The notes under the pieces were generated by a model. That model was not told the DNA's origin. It saw only the letters and a program-made list of their open reading frames with translations, and did not search any database. A DNA stretch of 32,000 nucleotides, from contig NC_006576.1 in NCBI RefSeq assembly GCF_000010065.1, positions 180,001 to 212,000 of the forward strand, given 5' to 3'. Shown here piece after piece: positions 1 through 9,516 of this stretch (position 1 is its first letter; the number at the start of each line of letters is the position of its first letter). The stretch is from Synechococcus elongatus PCC 6301 (GTDB lineage Bacteria; Cyanobacteriota; Cyanobacteriia; Synechococcales; Synechococcaceae). The translations under genes and the position numbers were made by a program.

Positions 1-1
1 T

Positions 2-2884
2 GCGAACCTTGCCTACGCCAAGACTATTGATTCGACTGTAACCCTCTCACTGAAGAATGGTGGCGGTGTTCGTAACAACATCGGTTTCGTCACCTTCCCG
101 GAGGGCTCTACCGATCCAGATGATGTATTGAAACTCCCGCCAGCAGCTAACCCTCTTGCAGGCAAAGAGGAAGGGGATATTTCTCAGCTGGATATTACGA
201 ACTCGCTGAGTTTTAACAATGGCTTAGCGCTGATCACATTGACTGCGGAAGAACTTCTAGAAATCGTCGAGTATGGCTTTGCAGCCAGTAGTCTTAACGA
301 TGGTAATACCCAAGGTCGCTTCCCTCAGATTGGTGGCTTCTCCGTTGCAGTTGATTTGACTCGTGCCCCAGGCGATCGCGTCCTCTCGCTAGCGATTAAA
401 GACGAAGAGGGCCGCGACATTGATGTCGTTGTCCGTAATGGCGAGATCGTTGGCAACCCCGCTCGCACCTTCCGGATGGTAACGCTCAGCTTTTTGGCCG
501 ACGGGGGCGATGGATATCCATTCCCGACCGGTGAGGCGACTAATCGCATTGATCTTGCTCAACCTGCCGAGGCTGAACGGACTGGTTTAGCGCAATTTGC
601 ACCAGATGGCACTGAGCAAGATGTTCTAGCGGAGTATCTAGCTACTCGCTTCACTGAGAATTCTTTTGACAAACTGGATTCTGCGCGTGATTTCGATACT
701 CGCATTCAGAACGTCAGCTTCCGCGATGATACGGTCATTAACTCTCAAATCCAGCTGAGTGTTCTAGGAACCTTTGCAACAGGCAGCTTTGACCAGGGCG
801 CCGCAGAAATCCCGGCCTATGACCCGATTAGCCAACGTCTCTTTGTTGTCAATGCCCAAAACAGCCGCGTAGATGTCCTAGACATCAGCGACCCTACTCG
901 ACCTACCCTCATTGGATTTATCGATACTTCGAGCTTTGGCTCTCCTAACAGTGTCGCCATCCAAAATGGTCTGGTTGCGATCGCTGTTCAAAATGCGAAT
1001 CCGCAGGAGAACGGCCAAGTCTTCTTCTATCAGTCCACCGCTAGTTCCTTCAATGCTCCGCTTCGGGCAATTGAAGTGGGCGCCCTACCCGACATGCTGA
1101 TCTTTACGCCTGACGGCTCCAAGGTTTTGGTAGCTAATGAAGGTGAACCTAATGAAGATTACACCGTTGATCCCGAAGGTTCAGTCAGCATCATTGACCT
1201 TAGTCTGGGTGTAGCCAACGCTCAGGTTAGAACAGCAACTTTTACTGCCTTCAATGACCGAAAGGCAGAGCTGCAAGAAGCTGGCGTCCGCATTTTGAAA
1301 GATGATGCGACTGTTGCCGAGGATATTGAGCCGGAGTACATCGCTATCTCTCCCGATGGCAACACTGCAGTGGTGACTCTCCAGGAAGCCAATGCACTGG
1401 CTTTCATTGATTTGGCGACCGCAACGGTTACGGATATCAAGCCGCTGGGTCTAAAGGACTTTAGTCTTCCGGGTAATGCGCTGGATCCGAGCGATCGCGA
1501 TGGAGGTATTAATCTCCGTAACGTCCCAGTGTTTGGGCTCTACCAACCAGATGCCATTGCCTCCTTCGTTGGTGCTGATGGGAAGACCTACTACATCACT
1601 GCCAATGAAGGCGATAGCCGAGTCCGGCCGACGGGAGATGACATCATCCCCGAGGTTGGTGAAGGGGACATCTTCAATGAAGAGGTTCGAGTCAGCAGCA
1701 ACCGTTACATTCTCGACCCAACGATCTTCCCAAATGCAGCTGAGCTGAAGCAGAACTCGAATCTGGGTCGCCTGACCGTTACCAACGAATCAGGTGATCT
1801 AGATGGGGATGGTGACTTTGACCAAATCGTCACTTTTGGAGCTCGCTCTTTCTCGATCCTCAATTCCGAGGGTGAGCTTGTTTTTGATAGTGGCGATCAG
1901 CTAGAGCGAATCACTGCTAGCTTCTTCCCTGAAAACTTCAACGCCAGCAATGACAATAACGATCTAGATAACCGCAGTGACAACAAAGGTCCTGAGCCTG
2001 AAGGTGTCGTGATTGGCCAGATTAACGATCGCACCTATGCCTTTGTCGGTCTTGAGCGGACCGGTGGCGTCATAGTCTACGACGTGACTACCCCTAACAA
2101 TCCCACCTTTGTTCAGTACCTCAACAATCGTAATTTCAACGCTGATGTTGAAAGTGCCGAAGCGGGTGATTTAGGCCCTGAGGGTCTTGCTTTCATCTCT
2201 GCAGAGGACAGCCCCAACGGCAAACCTCTGTTGGTTGTCGCCAACGAGATCAGTGGAACTACAACGCTCTATGAGATTAATGTCGGTTCTAATCCTGACT
2301 TGATCAAGTTAGACAACAGCGCCCAGATTGCTTACATCACTTATCTAGGACGGCCTGGCGATCGCGGTGGACTGACCTTTTGGAATGAGGTTCTGAGAGA
2401 TGCCGAAATCAGCTACGACCCTCAAACTGGTGATTTAATTACTGGTGAAGAAGTTCTTCCCTTCAACGCCTTCATCAACGGGTTTGGAGATTCTTCTGAA
2501 GCTGATCAAATCTACGGTGGTAAATCTGCAGCCGATCAGGTGAACTTAATTTATAACTTTGCCTTCAATCGTAATGCTGAGAGTGCTGGCCAAGCCTTCT
2601 GGGTCAACCAGCTGAATAGTCGCCAGCTCAGCTTGGCGGAACTGGCTCTAGAAATTGGTCTGAACGCGACAGGCAATGATTCAGTAGTTCTTAACAACAA
2701 GATTAGAAGTGCCACTCTGTTCACCGATTCGATTGACACGAATGTTGAACTAGCTGCTTATCAAGGTAGTAAGGGGACCAGCTTTGGTCAGACCTGGCTA
2801 GATCAGTTTGACTTTAGCCAAAGTAGCCAAGCTCTGGTTGATAGTGCTCTTAACGCTTTAGTCAATGACCTACCTCTTGGATAG
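2..2884 (+). CDS. phoA: 5'-truncated large secreted phosphoesterase that runs off the left edge. Domains: 5'-nucleotidase C-terminal domain, choice-of-anchor-I-type beta-propeller, DUF4214-like tail. Probably the atypical alkaline phosphatase PhoA of S. elongatus.
   Basis: The frame is open from nt 2, with no stop before the TTG at 128 used by the ORF track, so the start lies upstream of the window. NGGGVRNNIG...LSFLADGGDGYPF resembles the UshA/5'-nucleotidase C-terminal domain. GAAEIPAYDP..LFVVNAQNSRVDVLDISDPTRP, ANEGEPN and GPEGL resemble choice-of-anchor I propellers. AYITYLGRPGDRGGLTFW and NFAFNRNAESAGQAFW are DUF4214-like repeats. The symbol rests on my recollection of the 145-kDa UshA-like PhoA of PCC 7942. 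Confidence 0.7.
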   Translation, partial: ANLAYAKTIDSTVTLSLKNGGGVRNNIGFVTFPEGSTDPDDVLKLPPAANPLAGKEEGDISQLDITNSLSFNNGLALITLTAEELLEIVEYGFAASSLNDGNTQGRFPQIGGFSVAVDLTRAPGDRVLSLAIKDEEGRDIDVVVRNGEIVGNPARTFRMVTLSFLADGGDGYPFPTGEATNRIDLAQPAEAERTGLAQFAPDGTEQDVLAEYLATRFTENSFDKLDSARDFDTRIQNVSFRDDTVINSQIQLSVLGTFATGSFDQGAAEIPAYDPISQRLFVVNAQNSRVDVLDISDPTRPTLIGFIDTSSFGSPNSVAIQNGLVAIAVQNANPQENGQVFFYQSTASSFNAPLRAIEVGALPDMLIFTPDGSKVLVANEGEPNEDYTVDPEGSVSIIDLSLGVANAQVRTATFTAFNDRKAELQEAGVRILKDDATVAEDIEPEYIAISPDGNTAVVTLQEANALAFIDLATATVTDIKPLGLKDFSLPGNALDPSDRDGGINLRNVPVFGLYQPDAIASFVGADGKTYYITANEGDSRVRPTGDDIIPEVGEGDIFNEEVRVSSNRYILDPTIFPNAAELKQNSNLGRLTVTNESGDLDGDGDFDQIVTFGARSFSILNSEGELVFDSGDQLERITASFFPENFNASNDNNDLDNRSDNKGPEPEGVVIGQINDRTYAFVGLERTGGVIVYDVTTPNNPTFVQYLNNRNFNADVESAEAGDLGPEGLAFISAEDSPNGKPLLVVANEISGTTTLYEINVGSNPDLIKLDNSAQIAYITYLGRPGDRGGLTFWNEVLRDAEISYDPQTGDLITGEEVLPFNAFINGFGDSSEADQIYGGKSAADQVNLIYNFAFNRNAESAGQAFWVNQLNSRQLSLAELALEIGLNATGNDSVVLNNKIRSATLFTDSIDTNVELAAYQGSKGTSFGQTWLDQFDFSQSSQALVDSALNALVNDLPLG

Positions 2885-2928
2885 AGAGGCTTAGATTTCT
2901 CTGCCCATTTGCTCAGTATTTTTTGCCA

Positions 2929-2967
2929 AAGGGGTTGATGTTTCAATACGGCATCCACCCCTTTTTC
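2929..2967 (+). terminator. Rho-independent terminator after the phosphatase gene
   Basis: AAGGGGTTGATG (2929-2940) pairs with CATCCACCCCTT (2952-2963) with one mismatch, and a T run follows (2964-2966). Confidence 0.6.
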
Positions 2968-3107
2968 CTTATCAGAACTCTCTCAGGTTTGAGTAGTGAA
3001 AAGAAGTTCTCCCAGCATCTTGAATGCTGTAGGTGAGCAGTCATTACAGGCCCTGCTTGCATCAGACTATTGAATTGATTCCGATCAGCCAGCTTTTGAA
3101 GCACTGC

Positions 3108-4646
3108 TTAGCGCTCAACGAGGCGATCGAGACCTCTATACTGAGCTGCTTCTGCGAGATGCTGACTCTGGAGCTGTTCACTGCCATCCAGATCTGCGAT
3201 TGTCCGCGCAACTTTGAGGATACGAGCGGTGGAACGTCCAGACAACCGCAATTTAGTGATGATTTTCTCGAGCAACGCTGTTGTCGGCTCCGTCAAGGCA
3301 CACCAATGGCGCAGGTCAGCACTTTGCATTTCGGCGTTGCACCGCAATCTGCCTTGAAAGCGCTGTTGAGCCCGCTGACGAGCTTGCGCTACTCGATCCC
3401 GCACGATCGCAGTTGACTCGCCTAGCTGACTGCGAGCCAAATCGGTTGGTGGCAACCGCTGCACACTCACTTGCAAGTCAATTCGATCTAGCAATGGTCC
3501 CGACAGGCGGCTCCAATAGCGCTGGCGCTGATTCAGGCCGCAAGTACAGGGCTGCAGAGTATCGCCGTAATAGCCACAGGGACAGGGGTTGGCACTGGCA
3601 ACAAGGGTAAATCTCGCTGGAAAAGCCACTGACTGTCTTGTCCGCGAAATCATGACCTGACCGTCTTCGAGAGGCTGCCGTAGGAAATCTAAGACTTCTC
3701 GTTTGAACTCCGTCAGCTCATCCAGAAACAACACGCCACGATGTGCCAGAGAAATTTCGCCCGGCCGCGGGAAGGATCCGCCACCCACCAAAGACGGCCC
3801 AGAAGCCGAATGATGAGGACTGCGAAAGGGGCGATCGCAGATCAAATGTCCGCGTTCTTTCAGCAGACCCGCTGCTGAGTGAATGCGCGTCACCTCCAGT
3901 GCTTCTTCAAAACTGAGCGTGGGCAATATGCCCGGTAGACGCCGTGCCAGCATCGTTTTGCCACTGCCCGGTGGACCAATGAATAAGAGATTGTGACCGC
4001 CCGCTGCAGAAATTTCTAAAGCCCGTCGCGCCTGTAGCTGGCCCTGAACATCGGCTAAATCTAATGTTGATTGCAACGATGACGGGCTGACTTCTGCCGA
4101 TTCCAACTGGGTGACTGGGTAAGGACTATGGCGATCGGGCTGATGCAAAAACTCAGCGACCTCCGCAACCGTCTCAAAACCGTAGACCGCTAGTCCTTGA
4201 ACAAGACTGGCTTCCGCTGCATTGGCCGCCGGTAAAACCAGGGCTTGATAACCCAGCTTTTGGGCTGCAACAGCGACGGATAGTACTCCTGCGATCGCCC
4301 GGAGGCTGCCATCAAGAGCGACTTCTCCGAGCAGAAGAAAGCGATCGAGTTGAGGGCTCGGTAACTGCTTCGAGGCGGCCAGAACCGCCATCGCGATCGC
4401 CAGATCAAAACTTGGGCCTTCCTTGCGCAGATCACCCGGAGCTAGATTCACCACAACCCGCTGCATTGGAAACGAGAGCCCGGCATTACGAATCGCAGCC
4501 CGCACCCGCTCCTTCGATTCCTGAATGGCTGCATCGGGTAAGCCGACCAAGACCATCGCTGGAAGACCCGCGGAAACATCTGCTTCGACGCAGACCGGAA
4601 CTGCATCTAAACCGACGAGGGCAGCACTCCAAGTCCGAGCATGCAT
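3108..4646 (-). CDS. comM: YifB/ComM family Mg-chelatase-like AAA+ ATPase
   Basis: 512-aa ORF with an ATG start. The N-terminus is Lon/ChlI-like (MHARTWSAALVGLDAVPVCVEADVS). Walker A is GPPGSGKTM and Walker B is VLFLDEL. A Cys cluster (CPCGYYGDTLQPCTCG) and a Mg_chelatase C-terminal region are present. Confidence 0.9.
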   Translation of the reverse strand: MHARTWSAALVGLDAVPVCVEADVSAGLPAMVLVGLPDAAIQESKERVRAAIRNAGLSFPMQRVVVNLAPGDLRKEGPSFDLAIAMAVLAASKQLPSPQLDRFLLLGEVALDGSLRAIAGVLSVAVAAQKLGYQALVLPAANAAEASLVQGLAVYGFETVAEVAEFLHQPDRHSPYPVTQLESAEVSPSSLQSTLDLADVQGQLQARRALEISAAGGHNLLFIGPPGSGKTMLARRLPGILPTLSFEEALEVTRIHSAAGLLKERGHLICDRPFRSPHHSASGPSLVGGGSFPRPGEISLAHRGVLFLDELTEFKREVLDFLRQPLEDGQVMISRTRQSVAFPARFTLVASANPCPCGYYGDTLQPCTCGLNQRQRYWSRLSGPLLDRIDLQVSVQRLPPTDLARSQLGESTAIVRDRVAQARQRAQQRFQGRLRCNAEMQSADLRHWCALTEPTTALLEKIITKLRLSGRSTARILKVARTIADLDGSEQLQSQHLAEAAQYRGLDRLVER

Positions 4647-4688
4647 CTTTGCGTTCCGTGACGGCTACTGCCAGCATGCCGAGCCTGA

Positions 4689-5078
<390 letters not shown>

Positions 5079-5095
5079 GAAAAGTCTGAAAGTTC

Positions 5096-5124
5096 TTTAC
5101 AAAACTCAATCTGCTTGTTAGATT
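5096..5124 (+). promoter_or_regulatory. sigma70-type promoter of psbA: -35 TTTACA, 17-nt spacer, -10 TAGATT
   Basis: TTTACA is at 5096-5101 and TAGATT at 5119-5124, exactly 17 nt apart. The -10 element ends 56 nt upstream of the psbA ATG, giving a leader of roughly 50 nt. A small hairpin (ACGAG...CTCGT, 5131-5150) lies in the leader. Confidence 0.6.
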
Positions 5125-5179
5125 TTACTCACGAGGCTATTAAGTCTCGTAAATAGTTCAACTAAGGACTCATCGCAAA

Positions 5180-6262
5180 ATGACGACTGCATTGCAGCGG
5201 CGCGAGAGCGCCAGCCTGTGGCAGCAGTTCTGCGAGTGGGTAACCAGCACCGACAACCGCCTCTATGTGGGTTGGTTCGGCGTGCTGATGATCCCCACTC
5301 TGCTGACCGCCACCATCTGCTTCATCGTTGCGTTCATCGCAGCACCTCCCGTTGACATCGACGGCATCCGCGAGCCCGTTGCTGGCTCCTTGATGTATGG
5401 CAACAACATCATCTCTGGTGCTGTTGTTCCTTCTAGCAACGCCATTGGTTTGCACTTCTACCCGATCTGGGAAGCCGCTAGCCTCGACGAGTGGCTGTAC
5501 AACGGTGGTCCCTACCAACTGGTAGTGTTCCACTTCCTGATCGGCGTCTTCTGCTACATGGGCCGTGAGTGGGAACTGTCGTACCGCCTCGGTATGCGTC
5601 CCTGGATCTGTGTTGCATACAGCGCACCGGTTGCAGCAGCGACTGCAGTGTTTCTGATCTACCCGATCGGCCAAGGTTCGTTCTCGGACGGCATGCCCCT
5701 GGGTATCAGCGGCACCTTCAACTTCATGTTCGTGTTCCAAGCAGAGCACAACATTTTGATGCACCCCTTCCACATGCTGGGTGTGGCTGGTGTGTTCGGT
5801 GGTTCGCTGTTCTCGGCAATGCACGGTTCGTTGGTGACCAGCTCGCTGGTGCGTGAGACGACCGAGACCGAGAGCCAAAACTACGGCTACAAATTTGGTC
5901 AAGAGGAAGAGACCTACAACATCGTGGCAGCCCACGGTTACTTCGGTCGCTTGATCTTCCAATACGCATCGTTCAACAACAGCCGTTCGCTGCACTTCTT
6001 CCTGGCTGCATGGCCGGTTGTGGGCATCTGGTTCACGTCCTTGGGCATCAGCACCATGGCGTTCAACCTGAATGGTTTCAACTTCAACCAGTCGGTTTTG
6101 GATAGCCAAGGCCGTGTGATCAACACCTGGGCAGATGTGTTGAACCGTGCCAACTTGGGCATGGAAGTGATGCACGAGCGTAATGCTCACAACTTCCCCC
6201 TCGATTTGGCAGCAGGCGAAGCGACCCCGGTTGCTCTGACTGCACCTGCAATCAACGGCTAA
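5180..6262 (+). CDS. psbA: Photosystem II D1 protein, form II (D1:2). Likely the psbAII locus.
   Basis: 360-aa D1 protein. The N-terminus [20 protein letters not shown] and Glu at position 130 (YMGREWELS) are the D1:2 hallmarks. The C-terminal extension after ...PLDLA is present. psbAII and psbAIII encode the same protein; I assign psbAII only from recalling that ecaA is its neighbour. Confidence 0.97.
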   Translation: MTTALQRRESASLWQQFCEWVTSTDNRLYVGWFGVLMIPTLLTATICFIVAFIAAPPVDIDGIREPVAGSLMYGNNIISGAVVPSSNAIGLHFYPIWEAASLDEWLYNGGPYQLVVFHFLIGVFCYMGREWELSYRLGMRPWICVAYSAPVAAATAVFLIYPIGQGSFSDGMPLGISGTFNFMFVFQAEHNILMHPFHMLGVAGVFGGSLFSAMHGSLVTSSLVRETTETESQNYGYKFGQEEETYNIVAAHGYFGRLIFQYASFNNSRSLHFFLAAWPVVGIWFTSLGISTMAFNLNGFNFNQSVLDSQGRVINTWADVLNRANLGMEVMHERNAHNFPLDLAAGEATPVALTAPAING

Positions 6263-6303
6263 TTGCCGGCTGATGCGGAACAGCTAATCAAAATTGAGTA
6301 GGT

Positions 6304-6342
6304 GAAAGGGTCTGGGAGTAATCTCAGACCCTTTCCCTTTTT
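6304..6342 (+). terminator. Rho-independent terminator of psbA
   Basis: GAAAGGGTCTG (6304-6314) pairs with CAGACCCTTTC (6325-6335), followed by CCTTTTT. Confidence 0.8.
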
Positions 6343-6427
6343 GATGTCTAAGCTTTCCCCGATCGCAGATGCACTGCATCGATCGCGCTCCTCAGAAGAC
6401 ACTTAGCGATCGCCTTCGGGCACTGCT

Positions 6428-7141
6428 TTAGGCTTGCAGTGGTCGAGCATTCATACCCAACCGTTGCCGGAGCTGCCGGAGTTGTTGCCGAGCTACAAAC
6501 AGTGGGCGATCGCAGACCCGCCAGAGAACGGGTTCAGAGCAGGGTGGGGTTGTTAGAGACCCAGAGTAGCGCCAGACGGTGCGATCGCGGGGCATGAGGT
6601 CTGTCGGTTGAATGGCTGTTGAAAGCAGTTGATTGTCAGTTGACGGTGGCACGGCTAAGAGGGTGTCCAGAATCGGAAGGGGGCGATCGCCCGCTGCCAG
6701 AAAAACACCAACCACAGCGAGCTGATCGCGATCGCTGCGATGGACGAAATGAATTTCTGCTGGGAAACGTTGGCCTTGGTGCTGGTGCTCACTGGGCGTG
6801 TGGAAGTGAAATTGCAGCAGCTCATAGAAGGTGCCAGCTTCCCAGAAACCATTCCCAGCTGGACAGTCAATGCGGAGGGAATGGGGAGCCTGCTGCAGAA
6901 TGCCCTTAAACGGGCGATCGCGGTAATCCAGTGGTGTTCTGTCAGGCTGACCCGTCAGGTTAATTGGGGATTGTTGACGACCCTGCTGACAAATGGCATA
7001 GGCCGGATCAAGCTTGGCCCACTGGCGAGGACCTCGGCGGCGACTATAGTCCCAGTCTGCACTGGCCCAGACGGGTTGACTGCTGCCCAACCAACCGATG
7101 CAGCTGCCGCCAAGAGCTGCTAGGAGCGATCGCCGGCGCAT
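6428..7141 (-). CDS. ecaA: Alpha-class (vertebrate-type) carbonic anhydrase with a twin-arginine signal peptide
   Basis: The zinc-ligand histidines are in HFHTPSEH and EIHFVH. SLTTPPC is the alpha-CA motif. The N-terminus MRRRSLLAALGG...VWASA looks like a Tat signal. Confidence 0.9.
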   Translation of the reverse strand: MRRRSLLAALGGSCIGWLGSSQPVWASADWDYSRRRGPRQWAKLDPAYAICQQGRQQSPINLTGQPDRTPLDYRDRPFKGILQQAPHSLRIDCPAGNGFWEAGTFYELLQFHFHTPSEHQHQGQRFPAEIHFVHRSDRDQLAVVGVFLAAGDRPLPILDTLLAVPPSTDNQLLSTAIQPTDLMPRDRTVWRYSGSLTTPPCSEPVLWRVCDRPLFVARQQLRQLRQRLGMNARPLQA

Positions 7142-7947
7142 GCTGCAGTCAAAGCGCGATTGAGTTTGCCACTGACCAAACCTTCCAGATCAAGGCTGAC
7201 GTAGCGAAACCCCAAGGATTGAAAATGGCTGACCAAGACTGGCAAATCAGTCTCGGCCACAAACCGCTGCAAATCAGTACTAGGCAATTCAATCCGAGCC
7301 GTATCCTGTTGCGATCGCACTCGGATTGATTGCCAGCCGAGTTGGCGCAGATAGCGTTCGGCAGCCCCGACCCGCGCCAGTTTCTCAGCAGTGATCGCTT
7401 CACCGTAGGGAAAACGGGAGGACAGGCAGGGCATGGCTGGTTTATCCCACCAAGGCATCCCCAGTTCTCGGGCCAACTGCCGGACTTCGAGCTTGCTAAT
7501 GCCGGCCTCAGCGAGGGGCGATCGCACGCCTCGTTCCGCTGCGGCTTGTAAACCCGGACGGTGATCGCCAAGGTCATCAGCATTGACGCCATCCAGAACC
7601 ACAGCGAACCCGCGACTTTGGGCAAGAGGCTGGAGGCGATCGTGCAGCTCGCTTTTGCAGAAATAGCAGCGATTGCTGGGATTACTGGCGTAGTTAGGAT
7701 TCGCTAACTCATCGGTCTGAATTTGCTCGTGAGCAATGCCCATCCATTCCGCCTGCGATCGCGCCGCTTCAAGATCTTCCGGCAACAAGGAGGCGGAAAC
7801 AGCCGTAACGGCGATCGCGCGATCGCCTAACTCCTGAGCTGCAAGGTAAGCAACGAGGCTGCTATCAATGCCTCCAGAGTAGGCCACCAAGGCCGAGGGA
7901 AACGATCGAAGTTGCGATCGCACCTGCTCAAGTTTGGCCTGCAGCAT
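7120..7947 (-). CDS. larE: LarE-type PP-loop ATP-dependent sulfur transferase (TIGR00268-like)
   Basis: PP-loop motif SGGIDSS, CYFCK, and PCLSSRFPYG, the position of the LarE sulfur-donor cysteine. I use the ATG at 7947 (MLQAKLEQ...) rather than the TTG at 7965. The stop at 7120-7122 lies inside the first codons of ecaA. Confidence 0.75.
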   Translation of the reverse strand: MLQAKLEQVRSQLRSFPSALVAYSGGIDSSLVAYLAAQELGDRAIAVTAVSASLLPEDLEAARSQAEWMGIAHEQIQTDELANPNYASNPSNRCYFCKSELHDRLQPLAQSRGFAVVLDGVNADDLGDHRPGLQAAAERGVRSPLAEAGISKLEVRQLARELGMPWWDKPAMPCLSSRFPYGEAITAEKLARVGAAERYLRQLGWQSIRVRSQQDTARIELPSTDLQRFVAETDLPVLVSHFQSLGFRYVSLDLEGLVSGKLNRALTAACAGDRS

Positions 7948-8039
7948 GAATCTCGTACCCAGCAACGCCCTCTAGCCTATCGAACTCCCAAGCCTTGCCG
8001 CAGATCGATAAGATCGGGGCTGTCGCAGTTCAGATCAGC

Positions 8040-9173
8040 ATGACCCGCTCAGGCATTGGCATCCGCACCGCGCAGCAGCAGTCTGGACGCCTCACCGGTC
8101 AAATTCATGTCTATGACGGGGCTGGCAAAGGTAAATCCCAAGCCGCGCTGGGGGTGGTGCTGCGCTCAATTGGTCTGGGGATTCGCGATCAATGGCAGTC
8201 GCGGGTGCTGTTGCTGCGCTTTCTGAAAGGGCCCGGCCGCACCTACGACGAAGATGCCGCGATCGAGGCACTCCACCAGGGTTTTCCCCATCTGATTGAC
8301 CAAGTCCGCACAGGGCGAGCGGAGTTTTTTGGCCCGGATGCGATCAGTCGATTCGATCGCCAAGAAGCTCGCCGGGGCTGGGACATCGCTAAAGGGGCGA
8401 TCGTCTCGGGTCTCTATTCGGTGATTGTGCTGGATGAACTCAACCCGATTTTGGATTTGGGCCTGCTCCCTGTCGATGAAGTCGTGCAAACTCTGCGCCA
8501 GAAGCCGCCGCAGGTGGAAGTTATTGCTACCGGCCGCGGAGCGCCGCCGCAACTGCTAGAAATTGCCGACCTCCACTCCGAAATGATTGCCCATGCCAAT
8601 CCTGCTGTGGCTCCGGTCGGCATGGAAGGCATCGAAATCTATACCGGCGAGGGCAAGGGGAAATCGACTAGTGCCCTAGGTACAGCTCTACAGGCGATCG
8701 GACGGGGCATCGGTCAGGATCTCTCGCATCGCGTCCTGATTTTGCAATGGCTCAAAGGGGGCAGTGGCTACACCGAAGATGCGGCCATTCAAGCCCTGCG
8801 CCAGAGCTATCCACATCTCGTTGATCACCAGCGATCGGGCCGGGATGCGATCGTTTGGCGGGGGCAGCAGCAGGAAATTGACTACATCGAGGCGGAGCGA
8901 GCTTGGGAAATTGCGCGTGCTGCGATCGCTTCTGGACTCTATAAAACGATCATTCTGGATGAACTGAATCCGACAGTGGATCTTGAGCTACTGCCCGAAG
9001 AACCGATTTTGCAGGCGCTACTGCGCAAACCGCGCGATACGGAGGTGATCATCACCGGACGTTGCAAACAGATTCCGGCTTACTTCCATCTGGCCAGTGT
9101 TCACTCCGAGATGGTCTGTCACAAGCATTATGCAGAGCGCGGTATTGAACTCAAGCGTGGCGTTGATTATTAG
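8040..9173 (+). CDS. cobO: Tandem-duplicated CobA/CobO/BtuR-type ATP:cob(I)yrinate/corrinoid adenosyltransferase-like protein
   Basis: Two full CobA-like modules, each with its own P-loop: GAGKGKS at nt 8118-8138 and GEGKGKS at nt 8646-8666. Only the second module ends with the family tail (HYAERGIELKRGVDY). ATG at 8040 preferred over the TTG at 7995. Confidence 0.8.
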   Translation: MTRSGIGIRTAQQQSGRLTGQIHVYDGAGKGKSQAALGVVLRSIGLGIRDQWQSRVLLLRFLKGPGRTYDEDAAIEALHQGFPHLIDQVRTGRAEFFGPDAISRFDRQEARRGWDIAKGAIVSGLYSVIVLDELNPILDLGLLPVDEVVQTLRQKPPQVEVIATGRGAPPQLLEIADLHSEMIAHANPAVAPVGMEGIEIYTGEGKGKSTSALGTALQAIGRGIGQDLSHRVLILQWLKGGSGYTEDAAIQALRQSYPHLVDHQRSGRDAIVWRGQQQEIDYIEAERAWEIARAAIASGLYKTIILDELNPTVDLELLPEEPILQALLRKPRDTEVIITGRCKQIPAYFHLASVHSEMVCHKHYAERGIELKRGVDY

Positions 9174-9293
9174 GCGGCTGTCAGGCTGCCAGGGCGATTG
9201 CTGGTCACGATTAGCGAGACTCAGCCGACTGAGCTAGGGACTGACGCCACAATAAAGGCTGTGCTTCTGTTCCCATCGCTTTCTAAACCTGCC

Positions 9294-9515
9294 ATGAGTT
9301 CTGAGTTTTCCGATCACTTGATTGAGCAACTGGTACAAGAGGCCAAGGGCTACGCCGATACCGATCCTGCGGTTGAGCGCAACTGCTGGCTGGCGGTACA
9401 TCGCCATGCTCATGGGGTGCTGCCCAGTGAGTACGACATCCGCGAAATTCCTGAGGACTTGTACTTAGCCGTTCTTGAACGGGCGCGGGCGATCGCTCAG
9501 GCCACGAATCCATAA
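9294..9515 (+). CDS. Small hypothetical protein (73 aa)
   Basis: Open frame only, with no motif I recognise. Start placed at the first ATG (9294), because the track start at 9198 is a non-ATG codon. No obvious Shine-Dalgarno sequence. Confidence 0.35.
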   Translation: MSSEFSDHLIEQLVQEAKGYADTDPAVERNCWLAVHRHAHGVLPSEYDIREIPEDLYLAVLERARAIAQATNP

Positions 9516-9516
9516 T

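Noticed and set aside
3013-3029. Small hairpin CAGCAT-CTTGA-ATGCTG as a comM terminator
   Set aside because: It has only a 6-bp stem and no adjacent U-tract on the minus strand, which is insufficient to call.
5162-6190. 342-aa ORF antisense to psbA
   Set aside because: It lies entirely within the highly conserved D1 gene on the opposite strand. Its translation is a low-complexity mix rich in H, R, V and A with no motifs. This is a typical shadow ORF.
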